Below are positions 46,923 through 55,008 of a stretch of 64,000 nucleotides of DNA, one piece after another. The notes beneath the pieces were generated by a model, which saw only the letters and a program-made list of their open reading frames with translations, was not told where the DNA came from and ran no database searches. Within the stretch, counting starts at the first letter, position 1. Each line of letters starts with the position of its first letter. A program made the position numbers and the translations under genes. Origin of the DNA: Treponematales bacterium (GTDB lineage: Bacteria; Spirochaetota; Spirochaetia; Treponematales; JBGSOB01); NCBI GenBank assembly GCA_041739325.1, contig JBGSOB010000123.1, positions 14,863-78,862 on the forward strand. Reading direction: 5' to 3'.

Positions 46923-46949
46923 ATATCGGATTTCCCTTAGCCAACTTAA
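46923..46949 (-). promoter_or_regulatory. sigma28 promoter of flaB
   Basis: TTAA-N15-TCCGATAT. Confidence 0.7.
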
Positions 46950-47043
46950 CTTTTTTTTGCGACTCATATGATGATTCGCCAGTCTTGGCCCCTTTATGCG
47001 CGCCGCCCGCCCGTGTTATCTTGGAGCCTCGGAGAGAATTGAG

Positions 47044-47403
47044 ATGCAGGTAAGTGACTTAATCAGAATACTCGACGCCAAGCTTCATAGCGGGGAAGAC
47101 AAGTTGGATATGGAAATCATGTCCGCTTGTGGGGCGGACCTCATGTCGGACGTGATGGCCTTCGTGAAGGAAAAGGTCGTTTTGCTGACCGGCCTTATAA
47201 CAACCCAGACCATACGCACCGCGGACCTCATGGATATCCGGGTGGTTATCTTGGTTCGCGGCAAGGCGCCGACTCAGGACATGATAGAGATGGCGCGGCG
47301 CAACGGCATGGTTCTGCTTTCTACCCGCAATACCATGTTCATTTCCTGCGGTTTGCTCTATGAGGCCGGATTACGCCAGCACGGCGCTCGAGATATCGAG
47401 TAA
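47044..47403 (+). CDS. Stand-alone DRTGG-domain protein
   Basis: CGADLMSDVMAF, LLTGL...QTIRTA, VRGK, MFISCGLLYEAGL; GGAG RBS. Confidence 0.85.
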   Translation: MQVSDLIRILDAKLHSGEDKLDMEIMSACGADLMSDVMAFVKEKVVLLTGLITTQTIRTADLMDIRVVILVRGKAPTQDMIEMARRNGMVLLSTRNTMFISCGLLYEAGLRQHGARDIE

Positions 47404-47407
47404 AACG

Positions 47408-49300
47408 CTAGAGCTTGAAACGGTTGATCGCGTTACCCAAGAGGGAGTTCTGTCCCTTGAGGTCGCCGGCGAGTGAGCTCAATTTTTCCGCCATAGCGGA
47501 GTTTTCACCGCTCATGTCATTAACTGCGCGGATGGCTTCCAATATGGAACGAGCTCCCTCAGATTGTTTGCGCACCGCTTGATCCGAGCCTACCGACAGC
47601 TCCCCTATGCGGCTCATCTCCCCAAGGACAGATTGAGAGCTTTCTTCATGAATAGACGCGATCTTGCCTATCTGCGCGAGCATGTCCGCCATATCCCGCG
47701 TGTTTCCCACGATCTCCTCTAAAGAGTGTGTGGCGCGTTCGGCCACGCGTTTCCCTTCGGATGAGAGGCGGATTCCAGAATCCGCGTGTTGGCCGGCATT
47801 GGCTATATCATCCTTGATTTCCCCAAGTATTCCCTTGATACCGGCGATAGCCGAAGCGGAAGCCTCGGCAAGCTTGCGGATTTCCTGGGCTACGACGGCA
47901 AAGCCCCTGCCGGCTTGACCGGCGTGGGCTGCCTCGATGGATGCGTTCATGGAAAGGATGGTGGTGCGTTCGGCAATATCGTCTACCGCCTTAACCGCCT
48001 CATTTATGGAGGCGGCGTGCTTGCCGGCCGCGATGACGCTCTCAGACATCCTTGAAACGAGATTACCCATGGCTATGAAGCCTTCGATGGATTCGGCTAT
48101 TCCCGCTCGCCCCTCATCCAAGGAGCGTGAGTTTTCCTGCGCTTTGGCCATTGAGCGCCCGGCTGTTTCGGCTATCTCCCTAACCCCGGTTGAGAGCGCG
48201 TTGACCGAATCCGCCGCCCGTTGCACGCTTATTTTTTGTGTTTCCAAGTCTACGCGGAAGCCTTGAAGAGAATTGCTTAAGGCTTCCATCGTTGTGGCGA
48301 CGGATAATGAATTGCTCGTGCCGGCGGCGCTTTTTTTGGCGAGGTCGCGAGAACTGGCTAGGATTTCCTCCACCCATAGCGCCAGCTTTTCCGCGGTTCC
48401 GCGGGTTGTCTGCATGGATTCCTTCAAGCGTGCGCTGAGCGCGTTTGAGGCGTAAACCAAGCCGCCTAGCTCATCGAAGGATACGATATTGGCCAGCGTA
48501 GTGAGATCTCCCCCGGAGACGGCGGAAAACTGCCTAGACAAGCTGGAGATTGAAAGGCGCATAGCCTGGGCGAGCATGACGGCGGTAATGACCGAAATGG
48601 CTATCGCGGCTATTAAGAGGATGGCCAAACCGAGGCTGTTTTTTGCCAGGTCTAGGTAGCCGCTGTTTGAGTAAAGTATAAGGATAGCCATAATGCCGGT
48701 GGGGTAGGAGAGGCTGATGACCATGCCGAGGATGAGTTTGCGCATGATGGTCATTGCTGAACTTTGTTGTGATGTGGCCGTAACGCAGGCAACCTCGGGA
48801 AGCTCAAGGAAGTTTTTGTTTTCCCTCTCGAAAACAAGGTAGTAGATGGGTACGCATACCAAGCCCGAGAGGCCCATCAGCGAAAAGGTAAGAAGGTATT
48901 CGCCTAGGCTAATTTCGCCGAAGGCGCTGATGCTCAAAGCCAGTATGGGCTCCGCTAGGAAAAACCAACGTATGAAGATAAAGCCACCCTCGATGAGGGG
49001 TAGTTTTTGCGCGCGTTTGACAGCGCGTTTTACGGTATCTTCCTTGATGGTGCCGGCCTTGATTTCGGCCAAGGCCAGCACAAGGGGTTTACGGCTCAGG
49101 TAGCGCAGCAGGAGACCGGCGCCAAGGGTTAGGCCGCCGGCGCTTACGAGGGCAGTCCAAAAAACAAAGGGAGTGCTCAGGGCAAAACGGAAGTTTACGA
49201 TGGCAAAATACGCCAATACTGGGATGATGATTCCATAGGTGACGGCCTCGGTTTTAAGCGTGCCTATCAAAAAGCTTTTATTTGCCCGCGCTAGAGACAT
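47408..49300 (-). CDS. Methyl-accepting chemotaxis protein, about 6-TM sensor plus HAMP
   Basis: GDLT...SFDELG (HAMP), [36 protein letters not shown]. Confidence 0.92.
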   Translation of the reverse strand: MSLARANKSFLIGTLKTEAVTYGIIIPVLAYFAIVNFRFALSTPFVFWTALVSAGGLTLGAGLLLRYLSRKPLVLALAEIKAGTIKEDTVKRAVKRAQKLPLIEGGFIFIRWFFLAEPILALSISAFGEISLGEYLLTFSLMGLSGLVCVPIYYLVFERENKNFLELPEVACVTATSQQSSAMTIMRKLILGMVISLSYPTGIMAILILYSNSGYLDLAKNSLGLAILLIAAIAISVITAVMLAQAMRLSISSLSRQFSAVSGGDLTTLANIVSFDELGGLVYASNALSARLKESMQTTRGTAEKLALWVEEILASSRDLAKKSAAGTSNSLSVATTMEALSNSLQGFRVDLETQKISVQRAADSVNALSTGVREIAETAGRSMAKAQENSRSLDEGRAGIAESIEGFIAMGNLVSRMSESVIAAGKHAASINEAVKAVDDIAERTTILSMNASIEAAHAGQAGRGFAVVAQEIRKLAEASASAIAGIKGILGEIKDDIANAGQHADSGIRLSSEGKRVAERATHSLEEIVGNTRDMADMLAQIGKIASIHEESSQSVLGEMSRIGELSVGSDQAVRKQSEGARSILEAIRAVNDMSGENSAMAEKLSSLAGDLKGQNSLLGNAINRFKL

Positions 49301-49328
49301 TCCACCCTCCAAGCCTCAAAGGCTCCGC

Positions 49329-49361
49329 GATTTTTTCTAACATATGTCAATAGAAAAAATC
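49329..49361. promoter_or_regulatory. Palindromic operator-like site upstream of the chemoreceptor gene
   Basis: GATTTTTTCTA-N11-TAGAAAAAATC perfect 11-bp arms. Confidence 0.5.
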
Positions 49362-49374
49362 TAAGCTATTGGCA

Positions 49375-49450
49375 GGCGGCCGTCAAGCGGCCGTAAGGCG
49401 GCCGTCAAGCGGCCGTAAGGCGGCCGTCAAGCGGCCGTAAGGCGGCCGTC
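49375..49450. repeat. Intergenic tandem repeat, 22 bp x about 3.5 (alternating 11-mers)
   Basis: (GGCGGCCGTCAAGCGGCCGTAA)3 + GGCGGCCGTC, perfect copies. Confidence 0.95.
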
Positions 49451-50466
49451 TATTCGCCTTGACTTGCTTCTTGGCTTGGAATCGTGCCGCCGTCTTGTGG
49501 GTTCTTGCCGCGTCGCTTGAGCGCCGCGCGCGCAATTAACACGCAGAGGGCGCCCAGGGCCAGGCTGGAGATGATCCACACTGGAGGACTGAAGTAGTCG
49601 CCGTCCATGAGGATGCTCGGTAAGACAAGGCGACCGTTGACTAAGAGGAGTATGGCTCCGTTGTAGAGGGCATGCAAGGCCATGCCTACCCAAATCGAAT
49701 CATAGGCCCAGTAGAGGAAGCCTAGAAGGATGCCCACCGGGATGAGGGCGGCCAAGGAAAGGGCGCTTTGATGGAAGAAGGCGAAGGTAATGCCGGAAAC
49801 GATGAATGACCAAGGGAAGGCAAGTCGGCGCTGGAGTCCGCGTTGGAAAATGCCCCGAAAAAGGGCTTCCTCACAGATAGCCGGGGTGATGGATATGCTA
49901 AAGAAAACGAAGATAGCCTCAAGCGGACTATCCCAGCGGTAAAGGACGGCAGCCGCTTCGTTGAGCTTTGTGAATTGTGGAAAGAGTGAATCCGTTAATC
50001 GAGATATCGCGTCTACTAGCGGAAGAACGAGGATTGCCGCAGCCAGCCCAGCCACGACGCCGAAGAGTGGCGCGCGTCGATACCCCATATAGGAAGCAAC
50101 CTGGCTGGAAAACCAGCGCCGCCCAAAGTAGAGGCTCGGGGCTAAAAAGAGAAGGAATTGAGAACAGACGGTGACCCCTAGAATAAGGGTACGGTTTCTG
50201 GCGTAGGTTTCTTTCAGGTTTTCCAGGTAGTCTCCTCCCCCGAGGTTGGGGGCAAAGGCGCGTAGGAATTCACGATAATCAGAACCCTGCTTCCCAAGAC
50301 TGGGAAGAGCTTTTATCACCATAATGATGAGGGACGAAAGATTTCCTAGTAGATAGTAAAGCGAGCCGAGGAGAAGCACGAGGATGATGACGCCCAGGGC
50401 CGGATTTCTCTCGGCCCTTTCCCAGCTTCCGTCAAGCTGGGAAAGGATTGGTTGAGAATGAGGCAT
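49450..50466 (-). CDS. CPBP (CAAX/Abi) family intramembrane metalloprotease
   Basis: PAICEEALFRG, FAFFH, HALYN motifs; multi-TM. Confidence 0.9.
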   Translation of the reverse strand: MPHSQPILSQLDGSWERAERNPALGVIILVLLLGSLYYLLGNLSSLIIMVIKALPSLGKQGSDYREFLRAFAPNLGGGDYLENLKETYARNRTLILGVTVCSQFLLFLAPSLYFGRRWFSSQVASYMGYRRAPLFGVVAGLAAAILVLPLVDAISRLTDSLFPQFTKLNEAAAVLYRWDSPLEAIFVFFSISITPAICEEALFRGIFQRGLQRRLAFPWSFIVSGITFAFFHQSALSLAALIPVGILLGFLYWAYDSIWVGMALHALYNGAILLLVNGRLVLPSILMDGDYFSPPVWIISSLALGALCVLIARAALKRRGKNPQDGGTIPSQEASQGE

Positions 50467-50472
50467 TAGTCT

Positions 50473-51486
50473 TTATTCCTGGGGGGGGGCTGAGAGGTCT
50501 GAGAATTCCGCTGCGTCGGCCAGCTCTCCCTTGCGCACGCGTAGGTCTACGTAGAAGAGGGTGATGAAGATCGGTTGGATGATGTTGGTGACAAGGTACT
50601 GAACGGCAAAGAGGAGGCCCATCAGGAAGCCCATGCTCTTAAAAGCCTCGCTCATCTCAAGAAGGAGTTCGGTTGAATCCGCCTGGGCGCCGGACATGGC
50701 CGACTCGATGATCTTGACGTATATAGGGGCGATCGAAGCGAATTGCAGGGGCATAGTGACCATGGAGAGGGCAAATGAGAGTGCCATGGAAAAGAGGAGG
50801 CCGATGCCGACAACGCGCCAGAATTGCCCTTTCACGAGCCTGAAGCACTTGCCGATGGCGGCCCCGCCGGAAACATCTTCATTTGCGATAATGGCCGGCC
50901 CGAACTGGAAGATCATCTGGGCGGCGATTGCCGTGAAGATAAGCCCGATGTAGGCGATGATGACGATGAATACCATGAGGGCGACGAGTTTGCCCAAAGA
51001 TGCCAACACGATACCTAGGGTAATAAGAAGGGTGAAGACGACGATAGCTCCGGTTATTATGAGGCTTTCAAGGAGGAGGAATACCACGAGCTTGCCGAAC
51101 TTACCGTTGAATACCTCTCCCATCAGCTCCTTCCAGCTTGGGGTTTCGCCGGAGGCGCAGCGGAAGGCATTGCGCGAAACCACCGCCGTGGCGTAGGAGC
51201 CGGCAATGCCCACGATTGCCGAGTAGACGAGGATGAAGGCGAAAAAGGGTATGGTTTTAAGGAAAAACGCGCCTAGCTCCGGGGAGTCTGCGTTGCTAAA
51301 CTTCATGATGTCGATAAGGATGCTAAAGTAGCCCTGGAAAAAGAAAGCGGAGATGGCGGCAACCGGGACATAGACGATGGCGCCGGCGATGAGAGAATTC
51401 TTCCAGGTCGGCTTGAGGAGCTTAAGGCTCTTTTCAAAGAGGCTGGAGAGGGTGTAGCGGGTAATGTAGCTTGTGTCTTTGCCCAT
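50473..51486 (-). CDS. Integral membrane protein (GDPD-membrane-domain-like)
   Basis: About 6 TM; AAIGKCFRLVKGQFWRVVG and LFYVDLRVRKGE signature. Confidence 0.75.
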   Translation of the reverse strand: MGKDTSYITRYTLSSLFEKSLKLLKPTWKNSLIAGAIVYVPVAAISAFFFQGYFSILIDIMKFSNADSPELGAFFLKTIPFFAFILVYSAIVGIAGSYATAVVSRNAFRCASGETPSWKELMGEVFNGKFGKLVVFLLLESLIITGAIVVFTLLITLGIVLASLGKLVALMVFIVIIAYIGLIFTAIAAQMIFQFGPAIIANEDVSGGAAIGKCFRLVKGQFWRVVGIGLLFSMALSFALSMVTMPLQFASIAPIYVKIIESAMSGAQADSTELLLEMSEAFKSMGFLMGLLFAVQYLVTNIIQPIFITLFYVDLRVRKGELADAAEFSDLSAPPQE

Positions 51487-51544
51487 GTTCTTTCCTTACG
51501 CACAAGAATATGGTTTTAGAATATCGGAAAGGGGCCCTTTGCGG

Positions 51545-51841
51545 CTAGGTAGCTTCCCGCATAAGGTTTTGGGCGTAATCGGCTTCTCCGCCCCGACCCT
51601 TTCCGCCGAAGCTGTAAAGGAGGCCATAGCCTTCTCGGCGTTTTCTTTTTAGGAGCGTGCGGATTGCCGAGTCCATAGCTCCGGCGCTGGAAAAGCGGCG
51701 GATAGCCTCGCGCCAGGATGAATCACCCACGGTGTAGGAAACGGTGAAGGCCCACTCTTTCTCTAAGTGGAGCTGGTGGTCGTGAATGTTGTAATAGCGC
51801 AAGCGGCCGTCCGCTTCCTTTCTATACAGGGTGATCATCAT
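51545..51841 (-). CDS. Small WGR-domain-like protein
   Basis: LYR...RYYNIHDHQLHL..WAFTVSY...LLKRKRREGY. Confidence 0.6.
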   Translation of the reverse strand: MMITLYRKEADGRLRYYNIHDHQLHLEKEWAFTVSYTVGDSSWREAIRRFSSAGAMDSAIRTLLKRKRREGYGLLYSFGGKGRGGEADYAQNLMREAT

Positions 51842-51851
51842 ATCATTACGA

Positions 51852-51879
51852 GTATCGGCCTTTGGAGGGCTTTCCCTTA
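51852..51879 (-). promoter_or_regulatory. sigma28-type promoter upstream of the WGR-like gene
   Basis: TAAG-N16-GCCGATAC. Confidence 0.55.
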
Positions 51880-51941
51880 GCGGCTTTGCGCGATAGCTGA
51901 AGATGGGGCGCCGAGGCCCCGTCAGGGGCCCCCGCCTCTTT

Positions 51942-54350
51942 CTAGAGCCTGATCAATTCCAAGCAATCGAGAGCCGCTTGGTTTACGGCTCCATTCATGT
52001 TTTCATCCTCCGGGTTATAGCGAAGGCCTATGATCAGTTCTCCCTCCGCCAGATCGGCGAAGATCGGATTTGACCATGCCCAGCGCGTCCAACCCGCGGT
52101 TTGGGCAAAGACGGCCGTGCCTAGCTCTTTGCCGTTGACGTAGAGGCTGCGAACGCAGGCCTTATTGTCGGTGTTGATGGGGCCGTTACCGTTGGAATAG
52201 CGCCAACGCAGAATGTAGCGACCAGCGCGCGGAATGCGCAGTTTCATCTCCCCATCGGTTACCTTGTCAATGAAGATGAAGCCCCGGCCTTGGTAGCCGC
52301 CATAGTGCAGGGCCGGTTCATCAATTCCCAACCAGCTTCCATCCTCTGCCTCAATCTCTATCCGATCCTCGGCTAGGTAGAGGCGATAGGGCTGGCTGAG
52401 GTTGGAGGGCACTCCTTGCGGGTCTATAGACTGGATCTGGTAGACGGGGTTGGAGCTGAGCCCTGACTCTTCGTAGACCCCCTCCAGAAGCTTATCAGCC
52501 ACAAGGCGTCCATCCTTATATACGCGGTAGCTCAGGCCCTCACCGGCCGATGGCCAGCTAAGCTTGACCTTGTCAGCCTTACGTTCCGCGTTTATGGCTA
52601 TAACGTCTCGCGGCCCAATGATTGAGGAGGGTTCAAGCTTAATCTTGCCTGGCATGTCTCCTTCCATGGCGATTTCGATTCTATAGTCCCCGCTGGCGCT
52701 GGCCGGGAGGCGCCATTGCGAGTCCATTGTCTTGCCATTGACCTTGAGCGCAGCGATCCTGTTGCCCGTGCCGCTCAGTTTGACGGAAATACGGGCTTGG
52801 CGCCAGGCAATGCCATCCAGCTCCAACTCTCCCTTGATCCAGCTCGGGACAAGGGGGGCTAGGCCCAAGCTCTTTTCATCATAGCTCAGCCCGAAAATTC
52901 CCTTTATCACCTGGGCTTGGAGGCCGGCAACCGACCAGAGCTGCCTGTCTGAGTTTACTGCCGTGCCCCGCCAGTGCCCGGTATGGAAGGTGAAGTTTTC
53001 CTTGTTCGTCAGGAAAAGGGCGGCCGCACGGATGTTGGAGCCTAGGGCGAAGTCGAAGGCCGCCGCGTTACCGATTTTTTGGCCGGCCAAGCCGTAATAA
53101 GCGGTCACAAAGGGCCAGATTGCCTTGTTGTGATAGGCCGGCACTTGCAATTGCGGGTAAAGAATAGGCGGCCCGAAGTGCACGACAGGCAGATCCTCCA
53201 GTAGGGACCGGCTTTCGCCTTCCGGGAGGATGTCGAAGATGACGGCTAGGCTATTGGCCAGGCTGTCGCTCTTATCCGTAACCATGGTGCCAGAATCAGA
53301 GCCATAGCGATAGGCGCTTAAGTAGGAACGGCCGGCTACGGGAAAGTTTGCTCTAATGGCCGTAGCGAGCGCTAAGGCTTTTTCCTCGTATCCTTTCGCT
53401 TGGTGGGCAGTGCTAGCCTGGGCCCGGGCCATGCGCGAGAGAACCCGCAAGAGCTCGTAATGTAGGGCATTGGTGCTTAAGGCCTTGCTTTCATAGATAT
53501 CCAGCGGTTGCATCCAGCGCGGGTAGCTTTGCTCGCGCCAATCGGTAAAGCTGCTCTCTCCCCGGTAGAGGCCGGTCTCCGGGTCGAAGACCGTCTTGCG
53601 GTCCTTGGTCTCGGTTTCCACGAGGATAGGGTAGGCCGTATCCAACCACTCCTTTTCTCCGGTCGCTAGGTATATCTCCCATGCGGCGATTGCCCAAACT
53701 ACCCTGTCGGTGGAAATTGGCCAGGAACCGCCTGTGCCCGTATCTTGTATCACTTGGCGCGAGGGGCTTGTCTTTGCAAGCAGGCTTTTTTTAGCCGCCT
53801 CTGGCATGAGGAGGCCGAGGGAAAGATGGATCGAGTAGCTGATGTCGCGCGTCCATACCCCAGGCCATTTTTCCCCGGCCATAAAAGCGCCGTCGGGGCG
53901 AATGTCGCGCAACGCTTCCTCCATCGTCATACGGTAGAGGGCGGACAGAAGGGGGGTTTCCGGGGCGCTTAAGCGTGGCAGGGTCGCCAACGCTGCGTCA
54001 GCTTGCGGATCCGGCGTCCAGCGGCGCTCCTCGTTTTCGTAGCTATTGAGGAGGCTGCCGTCCGCAAGGGCCAGGCAAGCCTTGTCGGATCCCTGTATAA
54101 CCCTGTCCGCAAGGATTTCGAATGCCTCGTCTTCCTCATAGCGTTTGACGGGGGATTCATCCTCAAGGGGGTTTTCCCCGCCGCTATAGAGTGGATCTGG
54201 GCTGGCGACGCAGCCTGCGAGAAGTGTGGCAAAAAGGAAAAAGGATAGGAGCAGAGTTCGGCTTAAGCGGCCACAGCGGCGGAAGGCTAGCCTAAGGGCC
54301 ATGTCAGAAGCGGCGCTCCTTTTAAGATTTGAAGCAGATTGTATAGGCAC
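51942..54350 (-). CDS. Lipoprotein glycoside hydrolase ((alpha/alpha)6 MGH1/GDE-like) with FN3-like and CBM35/6-like C-terminal domains (start may be ATG 54302)
   Basis: Lipobox LLAG-C; GEKWPGVWTRD, QDTGTGGSWPISTDR, GESSFTDWREQSYP, YHNKAIWPFV, NSDRQLWS; IEAED, YSNGNGPINTDNK. Confidence 0.8.
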   Translation of the reverse strand: MPIQSASNLKRSAASDMALRLAFRRCGRLSRTLLLSFFLFATLLAGCVASPDPLYSGGENPLEDESPVKRYEEDEAFEILADRVIQGSDKACLALADGSLLNSYENEERRWTPDPQADAALATLPRLSAPETPLLSALYRMTMEEALRDIRPDGAFMAGEKWPGVWTRDISYSIHLSLGLLMPEAAKKSLLAKTSPSRQVIQDTGTGGSWPISTDRVVWAIAAWEIYLATGEKEWLDTAYPILVETETKDRKTVFDPETGLYRGESSFTDWREQSYPRWMQPLDIYESKALSTNALHYELLRVLSRMARAQASTAHQAKGYEEKALALATAIRANFPVAGRSYLSAYRYGSDSGTMVTDKSDSLANSLAVIFDILPEGESRSLLEDLPVVHFGPPILYPQLQVPAYHNKAIWPFVTAYYGLAGQKIGNAAAFDFALGSNIRAAALFLTNKENFTFHTGHWRGTAVNSDRQLWSVAGLQAQVIKGIFGLSYDEKSLGLAPLVPSWIKGELELDGIAWRQARISVKLSGTGNRIAALKVNGKTMDSQWRLPASASGDYRIEIAMEGDMPGKIKLEPSSIIGPRDVIAINAERKADKVKLSWPSAGEGLSYRVYKDGRLVADKLLEGVYEESGLSSNPVYQIQSIDPQGVPSNLSQPYRLYLAEDRIEIEAEDGSWLGIDEPALHYGGYQGRGFIFIDKVTDGEMKLRIPRAGRYILRWRYSNGNGPINTDNKACVRSLYVNGKELGTAVFAQTAGWTRWAWSNPIFADLAEGELIIGLRYNPEDENMNGAVNQAALDCLELIRL

Positions 54351-54459
54351 GAGGGCCCTCCTTTGGAAACTTTTACCGCATCATCCTAGCATGCGAGCGC
54401 CAAGAAGAAAGCCAGATTTTGACATTTTTTCGCCATAGTTTAAAGCTAGGCTTGGGCTT

Positions 54460-55008
54460 ATGAAAGCAAGATTCAACCTTTCTAAGATCGGTATTCCCAA
54501 AATGGGTATTCCCATTACGGCCGCCCTTGCGGGGCTTGCAGCCCTTGGCGCACGCTCAATGGTTTTAGGAAGTAGCATTGCTCTGCGCGCGGTTTTAAGC
54601 CCGGCAGCCCTCGCCCTAAGGCTTTTCTTTGGCTTGAGGCCGCAATGGGTGGCGGGGCGTGGCTATTTAGTGGCTGAAAGCGGGATGATACTTACCCAGG
54701 CCTGCTCCGGGCTTTCGTATTTCTGTCTCAGTCTCCCCCTCCTTATCCTTATAACGGCTCCGGGCGGCCAAGCCATGACAGCGCGATTTTTGCTGCGGGT
54801 CTTTATCCTCGCCTTCGGCATGTCCCTGGGCGGCGCTTTCTTGAGTAATCTCATGAGGATCATAAGCGCCCAAGCACTTGGACCACTGAAGGCCGCATTC
54901 GGTTTGAGCTTTTATAGCGCCCATCATTTGGAGGGCGCCCTTATCTTCCTCGCTGGCTTTTTCGCTAGCGCTATTTTTATGAAAAGGACCCTAAGCCATG
55001 TCGTATAA
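54460..55008 (+). CDS. xrtK: Exosortase K-like transpeptidase
   Basis: Short (182 aa) multi-TM protein with Cys (QACSG), Arg (NLMRI) and His (HHLEG) triad; overlaps the putative substrate gene. Confidence 0.75.
   Translation: MKARFNLSKIGIPKMGIPITAALAGLAALGARSMVLGSSIALRAVLSPAALALRLFFGLRPQWVAGRGYLVAESGMILTQACSGLSYFCLSLPLLILITAPGGQAMTARFLLRVFILAFGMSLGGAFLSNLMRIISAQALGPLKAAFGLSFYSAHHLEGALIFLAGFFASAIFMKRTLSHVV

Noticed and set aside
49375-49450. Possible CRISPR array
   Set aside because: Pure tandem repeat with no unique spacers, and no cas genes in the window
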